NCBI GenBank assembly: GCA_045545055.1 | Contig: JAZQAB010000087.1 | Span: 8,049 to 72,048 of the forward strand | Direction of reading: 5' to 3' | From: Clostridia bacterium | Lineage (GTDB): Bacteria > Bacillota > Clostridia > UMGS1883 | Length of the DNA: 64,000 nucleotides | Shown here: positions 44,024-52,918 of the stretch, piece after piece | How positions within the stretch are numbered: position 1 is the first letter of the stretch | Layout: the number at the start of each line of letters is the position of its first letter | The notes under the pieces: generated by a model | The model's database searches: none | What the model was told of the DNA's origin: nothing | The model's input: only the letters and a program-made list of their open reading frames with translations | Made by a program: the position numbers and the translations under genes

Positions 44024-45226
44024 ATGAAATATGTAATTATTCTAACGGACGGCTGTGCCGATTTGCCTGTTGAAAAATTGGGTAATCTTACACCGCTTGA
44101 AAAGAGTAATACTCCCAATATGGACTATTTTGCCGCAAACGGCAGTCTTTATCTTGTAAAAACCGTGCCCGACTCATTAAAGCCCGGCAGTGACGTGGCA
44201 AACCTCTCCGTAATGGGATATAATCCACTTAATTGCTATACAGGGCGTTCTCCTCTGGAGGCCGCTTCAATCGGGGTAACGCTTGCAGATAATCAGACGG
44301 CATTTCGTGCAAATCTTGTAACGCTTTCCGATGAAGAAAATTATGAGGATAAAACCATGCTTGATTATTCATCGGGCGAAATTTCCACTGAGGAAAGCCG
44401 TGCCCTTATGGCTGAAATTGAAAAGGAGCTTGGCGGCGGAGACATTCATTTTTACGGCGGAGTCAGCTACAGACACCTTTTCGTTTGGGAAAATGCTCCC
44501 GAAAGCTTCGTTCTGACACCTCCCCACGATATTTCCGACAGAAAGATAAAAGACTATCTCCCCTCCGACGAGAGAATTTTGGATTTAATGAAGAAAAGTG
44601 AGAAAATCCTTAAAAACCACCCCATTAACCAAAAGAGAATTGCCGAGGGAAAAAACCCTGCAACCTCCATGTGGATATGGGGCGAGGGAACAAAGCCCGC
44701 TCTTAACAATTTCTATGAAACCTACGGAAAAAAAGGTGCGGTTGTAAGTGCCGTTGACCTTATAAAAGGCATCGCCATTCTTGCAGGAATGAACAGTATT
44801 GATGTTGAGGGTGCGACGGGAAATATCCACACTAATTTTGACGGAAAGGCAAAAGCTGCGGCAGATGCCCTTTTAAGAGAGGGTGCCGACCTTGTTTACG
44901 TGCATCTTGAAGCTCCCGACGAGTGCGGACATCAGGGCGACGCAGAGGGAAAGGTTCGCTCACTTGAGCTTATCGATGAAAAGGTAATAGGCTATATAAA
45001 GGCTCGCCTCGAAGAAGCAGGTGAGGATTATGCCTTTTTGGTAATGCCCGACCACCCAACTCCCATTGCCACAAAAACGCACAGCCGTGAAGCAGTCCCC
45101 TGCGTAATTTACAAAAAGGGAGATAATAAGGGTAGTAATCTCCGTTTTGTTGAGAAAGATGCAACAGAACACGGCACAGTTATTTCCGAAGGCTATAAAA
45201 TTATGAGTATTTTTCTTAATAAATGA
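44024..45226 (+). CDS. Cofactor-independent phosphoglycerate mutase family protein (ApgM-like; subfamily proposed as homoserine kinase)
   Basis: MKYVIILTDGCAD...TPNMD N-terminus and EAPDECGHQGD metal site of the alkaline-phosphatase-superfamily ApgM group. Confidence 0.8.
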   Translation: MKYVIILTDGCADLPVEKLGNLTPLEKSNTPNMDYFAANGSLYLVKTVPDSLKPGSDVANLSVMGYNPLNCYTGRSPLEAASIGVTLADNQTAFRANLVTLSDEENYEDKTMLDYSSGEISTEESRALMAEIEKELGGGDIHFYGGVSYRHLFVWENAPESFVLTPPHDISDRKIKDYLPSDERILDLMKKSEKILKNHPINQKRIAEGKNPATSMWIWGEGTKPALNNFYETYGKKGAVVSAVDLIKGIAILAGMNSIDVEGATGNIHTNFDGKAKAAADALLREGADLVYVHLEAPDECGHQGDAEGKVRSLELIDEKVIGYIKARLEEAGEDYAFLVMPDHPTPIATKTHSREAVPCVIYKKGDNKGSNLRFVEKDATEHGTVISEGYKIMSIFLNK

Positions 45227-45255
45227 TTAAACCCTTTCTTTAAAGAGTAAAATAG

Positions 45256-45292
45256 AGAATGTAGAATTAAAATTTTCTACATTCTTTTTTTT
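45256..45292 (+). terminator. Intrinsic terminator after the apgM-like gene
   Basis: AGAATGTAGAA-loop-TTCTACATTCT followed by TTTTTTTT. Confidence 0.8.
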
Positions 45293-45353
45293 CGGGTTCT
45301 ATAACAACTTTTTTATAAAAAAGCTTTAAAATACACGATTCACAGTAATTATG

Positions 45354-45413
45354 GATTTTTGCTTTGGCAAAAATCTTCCTTCATTTCGCATTTCGAACTT
45401 CGCATTTCGAATT
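45354..45413 (+). repeat. Hairpin + heptad-repeat element, copy 6 (upstream of the ytvI-like gene)
   Basis: GATTTTTGC-TTTG-GCAAAAATC (45354-45375), spacer, then CATTTCG CATTTCG AACTTCG CATTTCG AATT (45382-45413). Confidence 0.85.
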
Positions 45414-45429
45414 AATAGGAGGTTTTCCT

Positions 45430-46503
45430 TTGAAACTAATATCCTTTAAAACCCTGCGTTCTCTTTTTATTGATTTCATTATTTTTTTAGTGCCTGTTTT
45501 GCTTCTTATTTGGGCTTTTCCGTACATCTTAAGTATTTTATCTCCGTTTATAACGGCATTTTTTCTTTATCTTGCGGCAAACCCCTTAAATAAGCTTTTA
45601 CGCAGGAACCATTTAAACCCAACCTTGTCCTCTCTCTTATCCCTTATTTTAATTTCCTCGGTGTTTTTTATTGTGCTTCGCTTTCTTTTAATTACGCTTA
45701 TTGGTGAGCTTTCCTCCCTTGCCGAGAACATAAACTTTTTAAGCACAGGGTCATTTCCCGACATTTCGGAAAAAGTATCTGTATTTATTGAAAGAAGCTC
45801 ACTGCCCCGAATTGTTAAAACCTCCTCCGACACATTTCTTCCCACACTTTTTAACGCAATCCGTGATAACCTTGTTCACTTTTTAAAAACTGCCGGAACT
45901 TTTTTTATTGATATTATAAAGAACATTCCATCTATGGTTATATGGCTTTTTACTACTATATTTACAACCTTTTTTCTTTTAAAGGAAGAGGACGGCATTG
46001 CCTCCTTTTCAAGAGATTTTTTCGGAGAAAAGGTATGTTGCGGTTTTATGAAAATCAAGCATTCTTTTCTTTCCGTTACATTTTCATACATTAAGGCACA
46101 GCTTATTATAGAATCAATTATTTTTGCCGTGCTTTTTACGGGCTTTATGCTCCTAAAGCTTGATTATGCCTTTCTTCTGGCACTTATTACCGCAATTGTA
46201 GATGCCGTTCCAATTTTAGGTACAGGAACAATTCTTATTCCCTTTTCCTTATTCAATTTTGTTTTGGGGGAATACTCCTTAGGCTGGGGCGTTTTGATTT
46301 TATACGGAATTGCAATGGCAACAAGGCAGCTTTGCGAGCCTAAAATCCTTGGAACAAAATTAGGCGTCCATCCTCTTTTCACGGTTTTTTCAATGTATTC
46401 GGGAATGAAGCTTTTCGGGATTGCAGGACTTATTTTCGGTCCCATTGCCGCAATTTTGATAAAAAATTTAGTTTCTCCCCGAAGCGAAAAAGCTCCGCTT
46501 TAG
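45430..46503 (+). CDS. AI-2E/YtvI-family integral membrane protein
   Basis: About 357 aa, 7-8 TM helices, conserved C-terminal ...AVPILGTGTILIP...EPKILG.... A TTG start at 45430 behind GGAGG is proposed. The track ORF's first 22 codons are repeat sequence. Confidence 0.7.
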   Translation: MKLISFKTLRSLFIDFIIFLVPVLLLIWAFPYILSILSPFITAFFLYLAANPLNKLLRRNHLNPTLSSLLSLILISSVFFIVLRFLLITLIGELSSLAENINFLSTGSFPDISEKVSVFIERSSLPRIVKTSSDTFLPTLFNAIRDNLVHFLKTAGTFFIDIIKNIPSMVIWLFTTIFTTFFLLKEEDGIASFSRDFFGEKVCCGFMKIKHSFLSVTFSYIKAQLIIESIIFAVLFTGFMLLKLDYAFLLALITAIVDAVPILGTGTILIPFSLFNFVLGEYSLGWGVLILYGIAMATRQLCEPKILGTKLGVHPLFTVFSMYSGMKLFGIAGLIFGPIAAILIKNLVSPRSEKAPL

Positions 46504-46589
46504 GAACCTCTCAGGGACGAGGACGGGGAAATGTTGTAATCCATAGGTACAACAAAATTTCCCTGCTCCCAAAAATATTTCAAAAAATG

Positions 46590-46603
46590 CGAACATTTGT
46601 TTG
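46590..46603. promoter_or_regulatory. LexA (Cheo/SOS) box-like site overlapping the -35 of the radical SAM operon promoter
   Basis: CGAACATTTGTTTG versus the Firmicute consensus CGAAC-N4-GTTCG, with one mismatch. GTTTG right halves occur in known B. subtilis boxes. Confidence 0.45.
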
Positions 46604-46629
46604 CATTTTTTATTTTTTTGTGCTATACT
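46601..46629 (+). promoter_or_regulatory. Promoter of the radical SAM/DUF4130 operon
   Basis: TTGCAT (46601-46606), 17 nt ending TGC (extended -10), TATACT (46624-46629). Confidence 0.5.
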
Positions 46630-46662
46630 GTTTCTACAACACTGAAAAAGAGGTGTATTTCT

Positions 46663-47976
46663 ATGGAGCTTTTGGAGAAACTCAGGATTCTTGCCGACAG
46701 TGCAAAATATGATGCCTCCTGTTCCTCAAGCGGAAGCGAACGTACAACGGATTACGGAGGTATTGGCTCGCCCACTGCGGCAGGCTGTTGCCATGCTTTT
46801 TCCGCAGATGGCAGGTGCATTTCCCTTTTAAAAGTGCTTTTTACAAATTATTGCATTAACGATTGCAAATATTGCCACAACCGCATTTCCAACGATATCC
46901 CCAGAGCCACGTTTACCCCCGAAGAGCTATCCGAGCTGTGCATTGATTTTTACAGGCGTAATTATATAGAGGGGCTTTTTCTAAGCTCGGGAATCATAAA
47001 ATCCCCCGACTATACGGCGGAGCTTCTTCTTAAAACCTTGCAGCTTCTCCGTTTTAAATATGGGTTTAACGGATATATTCATGTAAAAGGTATTCCCGGT
47101 GCATCGGAAAGGCTTATCCGTGAAATAGGCTTTCTCGCCGACAGAATGAGCGTAAATATTGAGCTTCCCAGTGAAAAGGGACTAAAGCTTTTAGCACCGC
47201 AGAAAACAAAGGAAAGCGTTCTTTCCCCCATGAAGCTTATAAAGGAAACCATTTCCGAGGTAAAGGAGGCTTCCCTTACCGCAAAGCACAAACAGCATTT
47301 TGTTCCTGCAGGGCAAAGCACGCAAATGATAATTGGAGCAACGGGCGATTCCGACCACCATATCCTGACGCTCTCGCAGGCACTTTATAATAAATATTCA
47401 CTTAAAAGAGTTTATTTTTCCGCATATATCCCTGTTGGCAATCACCCTGCACTGCCAAAGGATATTCCACCTCCGCTTCTTCGGGAGCACAGGCTTTATC
47501 AGGCTGACTGGCTCATGCGTTTTTACGGCTTTGAGGCAAGCGAAATTCTTGAAGAAGGGGAGTCCTTTGACCCTCTTTTAGACCCTAAATGCAACTGGGC
47601 AATGAAAAACATTCACCTTTTCCCCGTGGAAATAAACACAGCACCCTATGAAATGCTTTTAAGGGTGCCCGGAATAGGCGTTGTCTGTGCCAAAAGAATA
47701 TATCGGGCAAGAAAAGTATGCTCTCTTGATTTTGAAGATTTAAAGAAACTGCGTGTTGTCTTAAAAAGGGCGGCGTACTTTATTACCTGCAAGGGAAAAT
47801 ACATGTATAACGCATTTAAAATGAACGAAGCCTTTATCTACGATTCTCTTGTGCACGCAAGCCCAATGCTCGAATCGGTAAGAAAAGCACAGCAGCTTTC
47901 ATTTTTTGACGGAAACTATGACCATCTTCTGCCTCCGCCTGCCGAGCGGCTTACGGCAGTTTCGGGACAGCTTTAA
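46663..47976 (+). CDS. Putative DNA modification/repair radical SAM protein (TIGR03916-like) with C-terminal helix-hairpin-helix
   Basis: Cx3Cx2C cluster in NYCINDCKYCHN and C-terminal HhH LLRVPGIGVVCAKRI. Paired with a DUF4130-like gene, as described for this family. Confidence 0.8.
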   Translation: MELLEKLRILADSAKYDASCSSSGSERTTDYGGIGSPTAAGCCHAFSADGRCISLLKVLFTNYCINDCKYCHNRISNDIPRATFTPEELSELCIDFYRRNYIEGLFLSSGIIKSPDYTAELLLKTLQLLRFKYGFNGYIHVKGIPGASERLIREIGFLADRMSVNIELPSEKGLKLLAPQKTKESVLSPMKLIKETISEVKEASLTAKHKQHFVPAGQSTQMIIGATGDSDHHILTLSQALYNKYSLKRVYFSAYIPVGNHPALPKDIPPPLLREHRLYQADWLMRFYGFEASEILEEGESFDPLLDPKCNWAMKNIHLFPVEINTAPYEMLLRVPGIGVVCAKRIYRARKVCSLDFEDLKKLRVVLKRAAYFITCKGKYMYNAFKMNEAFIYDSLVHASPMLESVRKAQQLSFFDGNYDHLLPPPAERLTAVSGQL

Positions 47977-47989
47977 AAAGGAGAACGCT

Positions 47990-48757
47990 ATGAATTACAG
48001 TAAAATAATAGATAATTCCTCAATTTATTATATTTATGACGGAAGCTTTGACGGACTTTTAACAGCAGTGTATCAGGCGGTTTATTCCCGTATAACCCCC
48101 TGTGGAATAGGAACGGAGAAAAATCTCCAGCTCAGCTTTGACACACGCTATGTGGAGGTAATCACAAACAAAAATTATGCACGCAGGGTGTACAGTGCAC
48201 TTTATAAAAAAATAGGCTCTTTCGGGCTTCGCCGCATTTACTACATTTTTTTGAGCAACGATAGCCAAAAGGACCTTATTATATACAAATATATGATGCT
48301 GGGCTTCAAAAACGGACAAAAGACAAATTCAGCACTTTCCGATGACACTGTTGCCGCCGCATTTCAGATTGCACAGAATGTTTCACGTGAAACAGAAAAA
48401 TATCGTCAGTTCACACGCTTTAGTGTTATGGATTGGGGCGTTCAATATGCTAAAATAACGCCCCAAAACAATCTTTTGCCTGTTCTTACTCCGTTTTTCA
48501 TACAAAGGTTAAAGGTTATCCCCTTTGTCCTCCACGATGCGACCCATAATCTCTGTGCTGTTTACGATACTAAGGATTGGCATATTTCCTCCAGCGAGGG
48601 GCTGACACCGCCCTCCAAGAGCACACGTGAAGAAGATGTGGAAAGGCTATGGAAAACCTTTTTTGATGCCATTGCCATAAAAGAAAGGTATAACACCAAG
48701 CTTCAAAAGCAGAATATGCCGTCGGTGTACTTTAAAAGCGTGTGGAGCATAAGGTAA
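47990..48757 (+). CDS. DUF4130 / TIGR03915-like putative DNA-repair partner protein
   Basis: 255 aa starting MNYSKIIDNSSIYYIYDGSFDGLLTAVY. The conserved partner position lies 13 nt after the radical SAM gene. No fused uracil-DNA-glycosylase domain. Confidence 0.7.
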   Translation: MNYSKIIDNSSIYYIYDGSFDGLLTAVYQAVYSRITPCGIGTEKNLQLSFDTRYVEVITNKNYARRVYSALYKKIGSFGLRRIYYIFLSNDSQKDLIIYKYMMLGFKNGQKTNSALSDDTVAAAFQIAQNVSRETEKYRQFTRFSVMDWGVQYAKITPQNNLLPVLTPFFIQRLKVIPFVLHDATHNLCAVYDTKDWHISSSEGLTPPSKSTREEDVERLWKTFFDAIAIKERYNTKLQKQNMPSVYFKSVWSIR

Positions 48758-48791
48758 ATGCGGAATGCGGAGTGCGAAGTGCGGAATGACG
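48757..48791 (+). repeat. Heptad-repeat element, copy 7 (units only, starting in the DUF4130 gene stop codon)
   Basis: AATGCGG AATGCGG AGTGCGA AGTGCGG AATGACG. Confidence 0.8.
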
Positions 48792-48874
48792 AAAGATTTT
48801 TTCGACATATCGTGCCGAAAGGCATATCGCGTGCAAAGCACATATAGCAAATTCCGCCGGGAATTTATATCGCT

Positions 48875-48928
48875 GACAACAATCAAATAAAAAAGACCCC
48901 GAAGGGTCTTTTTTATTTGATTGTTGTC
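48875..48928. terminator. 25-bp perfect palindromic bidirectional terminator overlapping the serS stop
   Basis: GACAACAATCAAATAAAAAAGACCC-CGAA-GGGTCTTTTTTATTTGATTGTTGTC. The right arm contains the last 4 codons and the stop of serS (48913-48915). Confidence 0.8.
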
Positions 48929-50184
48929 TTACCGCCCATATAAGGAACGAGAACATCGGGAATAGTGATGCTTCCATCCTCGTTCTGGTAGTTTTCAAGA
49001 ATTGCCGCCACAGTTCTTCCTACTGCAACACCGCTTCCGTTAAGCGTATGAACAAACTGTGCTTTTCCGCCCTGTCCGTCCTTGTATTTGATATTTGCTC
49101 TTCTTGCCTGGAAGTCCTCGAAGTTACTGCAGGAAGAAATCTCAACATATCTGTTGTAAGAGGGCATCCACACCTCTATATCATACTTCTTTGCCGCTGT
49201 GAAACCAAGGTCTCCGATACAGATTTGCACTACTCTGTAGGGAAGTCCCAATCCCTGAAGAACTCTTTCCGCATCATTTGTAAGCTTTTCAAGCTCTTCA
49301 TAGGAATCTTCGGGCTTTGTGAACTTAACAAGCTCTACCTTGTTAAACTGATGCTGACGGATAAGGCCTCTTGTATCTCGTCCTGCACTTCCTGCTTCTG
49401 CACGGAAGCAAGCGGTATATGCAACGTGCTTAATGGGAAGCTGATTTCCGTCAAGAATCTGTTCACGGTACATATTTGTTACGGGAACTTCTGCGGTAGG
49501 AACAAGGAAATATTCTGTTCCGGCTACTTTGAAAGCATCTTCCTCAAACTTGGGAAGCTGACCTGTTCCTATCATAGAATTTCTATGCACCATAAAGGGA
49601 GGGAAAACCTCTGTATAGCCGTGTTTTTCGGTGTGTGTGTCAAGATAATAGTTAATAACGGCTCTTTCAAGTCTTGCACCGATGTCCTTGTAAACGGTGA
49701 AGCGTGTGCCTGTGATTTTTGCGGCTGTGTCAGGGTCAAGAATGCCTAAATCCTTACCAAGATCCCAGTGCGCCTTAGGCTCAAAGGCGAAATTCTTAGG
49801 CTCACCGAATTTTCTGATTTCTATATTATCCTCATCTGTATCGCCGTCGGGAACGGAATCGTGGGGAATATTGGGAATTGTAAGCATCATGCGGTTAAGC
49901 TCGTCCTCAACCTCACGCACATCTGCATCAAGGGATTTAATTTTTTCGGAAATTTCCTTCATTTCAGCAAAAACCGCTGTTGTGTCCTCGCCTGCTTTCT
50001 TCATGGCAGGGATTTTCTTTGTAACTTCGTTTTGCTTCGCTTTAAGCCCCTCTACCTCAACCAAAAGGGCACGTCTTTTATCATCTGCGGCAATAATCGC
50101 ATCAATGTCAACGTTTTCCTTTCTTCTTCCGAGAGCAGCCTTAACCTTTTCGGTTTCTCCTCTGATAAGTTTAAGATCCAACAT
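48913..50184 (-). CDS. serS: Seryl-tRNA synthetase
   Basis: N-terminal coiled coil (MLDLKLIR...) and class II motifs [15 protein letters not shown] and GSGVAVGRT. Confidence 0.97.
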   Translation of the reverse strand: MLDLKLIRGETEKVKAALGRRKENVDIDAIIAADDKRRALLVEVEGLKAKQNEVTKKIPAMKKAGEDTTAVFAEMKEISEKIKSLDADVREVEDELNRMMLTIPNIPHDSVPDGDTDEDNIEIRKFGEPKNFAFEPKAHWDLGKDLGILDPDTAAKITGTRFTVYKDIGARLERAVINYYLDTHTEKHGYTEVFPPFMVHRNSMIGTGQLPKFEEDAFKVAGTEYFLVPTAEVPVTNMYREQILDGNQLPIKHVAYTACFRAEAGSAGRDTRGLIRQHQFNKVELVKFTKPEDSYEELEKLTNDAERVLQGLGLPYRVVQICIGDLGFTAAKKYDIEVWMPSYNRYVEISSCSNFEDFQARRANIKYKDGQGGKAQFVHTLNGSGVAVGRTVAAILENYQNEDGSITIPDVLVPYMGGKTTIK

Positions 50185-50226
50185 TTACAAAACTTCCTTT
50201 CGTATTTAAAACCTCTACGGGCAATT

Positions 50227-51066
50227 TTAATTCAATATATCAACAATTCTCGTTAAATCCGCTACGGAGTAAAACTCAATCTCAATTTTCCCCTTGCGGT
50301 TTCCCTTTATACGCACCTTTGTTCCATATTTTTGGGACAAATCACGCTCCACGTCGGGATATACACTTTCTTTGCTTCCTCTTTTTTTCTTAGGCTCTGT
50401 CGGTTTTTCCTGTCCGAGAGCTTCAGCCTGTCTTACGTTAAGCCCTTCAGAAATAATTCTCTCTGCCGCTTCCACACGCCCTTTTCCCGCAGGCAGCGAC
50501 AGAAGTGCTCTGGCATGCCCCATGGTAAGCTTATTCTGAGCAAGCATTTCCTTTATTTCGTCCTCTAAGGACAAAAGTCTCAGCATATTAGCAATATTAC
50601 TGCGGCTTTTTCCCACTCTTTCGCTTACCTTGTCCTGAGTCATCGAAAAGCGGTCTATCAAGGTTTTATATCCCAAGGCTTCTTCTATGGGATTAAGATC
50701 CTCTCTCTGTAAATTCTCAATGAGAGCTACCTCAGCAATCTGAATTTCATCATAAGTTCTGATTATTGCAGGGATTTCTGATAAATTGGCAAGTTTACTT
50801 GCTCTCCATCTTCTTTCGCCAGCTATAATACTGTAATATCCGTTTTGCCCCGGTGTTACTATAATTGGTTGAATAACCCCGTGCTCCGCTATGGAATTTG
50901 CAAGTGCCTGAAGCTGCTCACGGTCAAAATTTTTTCTGGGCTGATCACGCCTTGGCTCTACAAGGCTTATTTTCAGCATTTTTACCTCGTCCTGCTTTAC
51001 CTCTTGTACGGCATCGTCACTGCGTGAGAAAAGTGCATCAAGCCCTTGTCCTAAAACTCTTTTCAT
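50227..51066 (-). CDS. parB: Chromosome partitioning protein ParB/Spo0J
   Basis: KRVLGQGLDALF N-terminus, GERRWRAS arginine patch and HTH. Start placed at ATG 51066, one nt after the soj stop and behind GGAGCAGGAG, rather than the 51099 given in the track. Confidence 0.9.
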   Translation of the reverse strand: MKRVLGQGLDALFSRSDDAVQEVKQDEVKMLKISLVEPRRDQPRKNFDREQLQALANSIAEHGVIQPIIVTPGQNGYYSIIAGERRWRASKLANLSEIPAIIRTYDEIQIAEVALIENLQREDLNPIEEALGYKTLIDRFSMTQDKVSERVGKSRSNIANMLRLLSLEDEIKEMLAQNKLTMGHARALLSLPAGKGRVEAAERIISEGLNVRQAEALGQEKPTEPKKKRGSKESVYPDVERDLSQKYGTKVRIKGNRKGKIEIEFYSVADLTRIVDILN

Positions 51067-51067
51067 T

Positions 51068-51847
51068 TCAGTTCTCCTGCTCCTCTTTATTGTTTTCAAC
51101 TACCTCGTCTGCCAGTTCCATATAGGCTACGGCACCTTTTGACGGCTCGTCATAGTATATAACGGGTTTTCCGAATCCCGGTGCTTCGCTTATCCTCACA
51201 TTTCTCGGAATAATTGTTTTATACACCTTTCCGGGGAAAAACCGTTTAACCTCATCAACAACCTGCACTGCAAGATTTGTCCTTGCATCATACATAGTCA
51301 TAACAATACCCTCTATATATAAAGTAGGATTAAGGGCTTTTTTAATTCTTTTTACCGTTTCAACGAGCTGACTTACCCCTTCAAGTGCGTAAAATTCACA
51401 CTGAATGGGGATTATAATGCTGTTTGCCGCCGTTAAAGTGTTTATTGTAATAAGCCCGAGCGATGGCGGAGAATCAATAAGAATAAAATCATACTCATCT
51501 TTCACTGATTCAAGGCTTTCTTTAAGCCTGTTTTCACGCCCCATTACGCTTATAAGCTCTATTTCAGCACCCGAAAGGTCTAAGTTTGACGGACAGAGAC
51601 TGAGATTTTCATATTGGGTAGCAATTGCCGCTTCACTCATAGGGGTTTCGTTTACAAGGCAATCATAGATAGTTTTTTCACATCTTCTTTTATCTACGCC
51701 CAGTCCGCTTGTGGAATTTCCCTGCGGGTCTATATCAATCAGCAAAACCTTTTTTCCTATCTTTGCAAGACCTGCCGCCAGATTAACCGTTGTGGTTGTT
51801 TTTCCGACACCGCCTTTTTGGTTTGCTATGGCAATTATTTTGCTCAA
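51068..51847 (-). CDS. soj: Chromosome partitioning ATPase ParA/Soj
   Basis: MSKIIAIANQKGGVGKTTT deviant Walker A. 259 aa. Confidence 0.95.
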   Translation of the reverse strand: MSKIIAIANQKGGVGKTTTTVNLAAGLAKIGKKVLLIDIDPQGNSTSGLGVDKRRCEKTIYDCLVNETPMSEAAIATQYENLSLCPSNLDLSGAEIELISVMGRENRLKESLESVKDEYDFILIDSPPSLGLITINTLTAANSIIIPIQCEFYALEGVSQLVETVKRIKKALNPTLYIEGIVMTMYDARTNLAVQVVDEVKRFFPGKVYKTIIPRNVRISEAPGFGKPVIYYDEPSKGAVAYMELADEVVENNKEEQEN

Positions 51848-51891
51848 TTCTGTCCCTCCTTTTTTTCGTTTTCTACATTATAACACAAAAA

Positions 51892-51907
51892 TGTTTCACG
51901 TGAAACA
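51892..51907. promoter_or_regulatory. parS centromere site 1
   Basis: TGTTTCACGTGAAACA is a perfect 16-bp palindrome matching the Firmicute parS consensus TGTTNCACGTGAAACA. Confidence 0.9.
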
Positions 51908-51937
51908 CTTTTTTACGTTTTTTTCAAAAAAATGCGT

Positions 51938-51953
51938 TGTTTCACGTGAAACA
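51938..51953. promoter_or_regulatory. parS centromere site 2
   Basis: Identical TGTTTCACGTGAAACA 46 bp from site 1, between the noc-like gene and soj. Confidence 0.9.
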
Positions 51954-51966
51954 TGTCGTTTTTTAT

Positions 51967-52755
51967 TCATTTATACACCTTGATGCGGTATTCTATGTAT
52001 TTTTCGTTTTCGTTTTCCTCGGTTTCTGTCCTTGCACCGTTCCTTTTAAGCAAATTTATTGTGTTTTTCACAGTGTTTTTATAGAGGAGCATATTTGCAC
52101 CTTTCTTTTTTTCGTACTTTCTTTTCTCTTTTCCTTGTTCCGAAAGCTCTTTTTGAATTTGCTTCACAAGCTGCAAGGTATCCTTCTGATTTAATTCTTG
52201 TTCCTTAATTATTTCAATTACCTTTAATCTGCTTTCCTCATCATGAAGCTTGAGAATATCCGAAAGCATGTCCTCCTTTATTTTATATTCATCTATTTTA
52301 TAGCGTTCCTTTTCCGAAAAGCGAAGAAGCTGCAGCTTTCTTCCCAGCTGTGCTCCGTTCTCAAAAAACTCGTTTATAATAAGGTCTTTTTTTACGTTGT
52401 GATAAGATAAAAGGTTAAAAAAGCCCTCTGCTTCCTCGTATTTGCTAAGGCTTGCACGGCACAGGTTTTCTTCAAGGCTCATAAGGGCACATTTTGAATC
52501 GTTTGCCTTTATTATAATAGCAGGGACGCTCTCCATATTTGCCATTCTTGCGGCTATAATTCTTCTTTGCCCACATATAATTTCAAATCCGTTTATGGAC
52601 GGTCTTAACACTACGGGTGAAAGCATTCCCGAATTTTTAATTGACCGGCAAAGAAAAAGAAGTTCTTTTTGATTGAAATTACGACGCAATTGATAAGGAT
52701 TGGGCAGGATATCTTTTATATTAATCATTTTTATCTTTTGACCGCTATGTATCAT
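51967..52755 (-). CDS. ParB-family paralogue in the Noc position (divergent)
   Basis: INIKDILPNPYQLRRNF and ICGQRRIIAARMA ParB N-domain motifs. Sits between rsmG and soj, where Firmicutes carry noc. Start ATG 52755 behind AAGGAAG. Confidence 0.7.
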   Translation of the reverse strand: MIHSGQKIKMINIKDILPNPYQLRRNFNQKELLFLCRSIKNSGMLSPVVLRPSINGFEIICGQRRIIAARMANMESVPAIIIKANDSKCALMSLEENLCRASLSKYEEAEGFFNLLSYHNVKKDLIINEFFENGAQLGRKLQLLRFSEKERYKIDEYKIKEDMLSDILKLHDEESRLKVIEIIKEQELNQKDTLQLVKQIQKELSEQGKEKRKYEKKKGANMLLYKNTVKNTINLLKRNGARTETEENENEKYIEYRIKVYK

Positions 52756-52918
52756 CAGAAAACTTCCTTTCAATAAAGCTACTGTAATTTTATCATAAAA
52801 AGCTCTTATAATAAATAGAAAGTTTTCGCCTTATTACAGGCTTTTACGGCTTGTTTTTATTTATTAAAACAAAAAAGAACACCCCTTTAACAAAGAGCGT
52901 TCTTTTTCGATTTGTTTT

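Noticed and set aside
48849-48866. AAATTCCGCCGGGAATTT considered as a Noc-binding site.
   Set aside because: The B. subtilis NBS is ATTTCCCGGGAAAT. Here the half-sites differ (AAATTCC/GGAATTT) and the 4-nt centre is not palindromic.
48786-48890. 34-aa ORF (MTKDFFDISCRKAYRVQSTYSKFRREFISLTTIK) downstream of the DUF4130 gene.
   Set aside because: There is no convincing RBS, and it starts inside the heptad array. The sequence is better explained by structured or iteron-like DNA. It is kept only as a remote possibility.
50185-50226. Expected T-box leader upstream of serS.
   Set aside because: Only 42 nt separate serS from the parB stop. That is far too short for a T-box, and no specifier or T-box sequence was seen.
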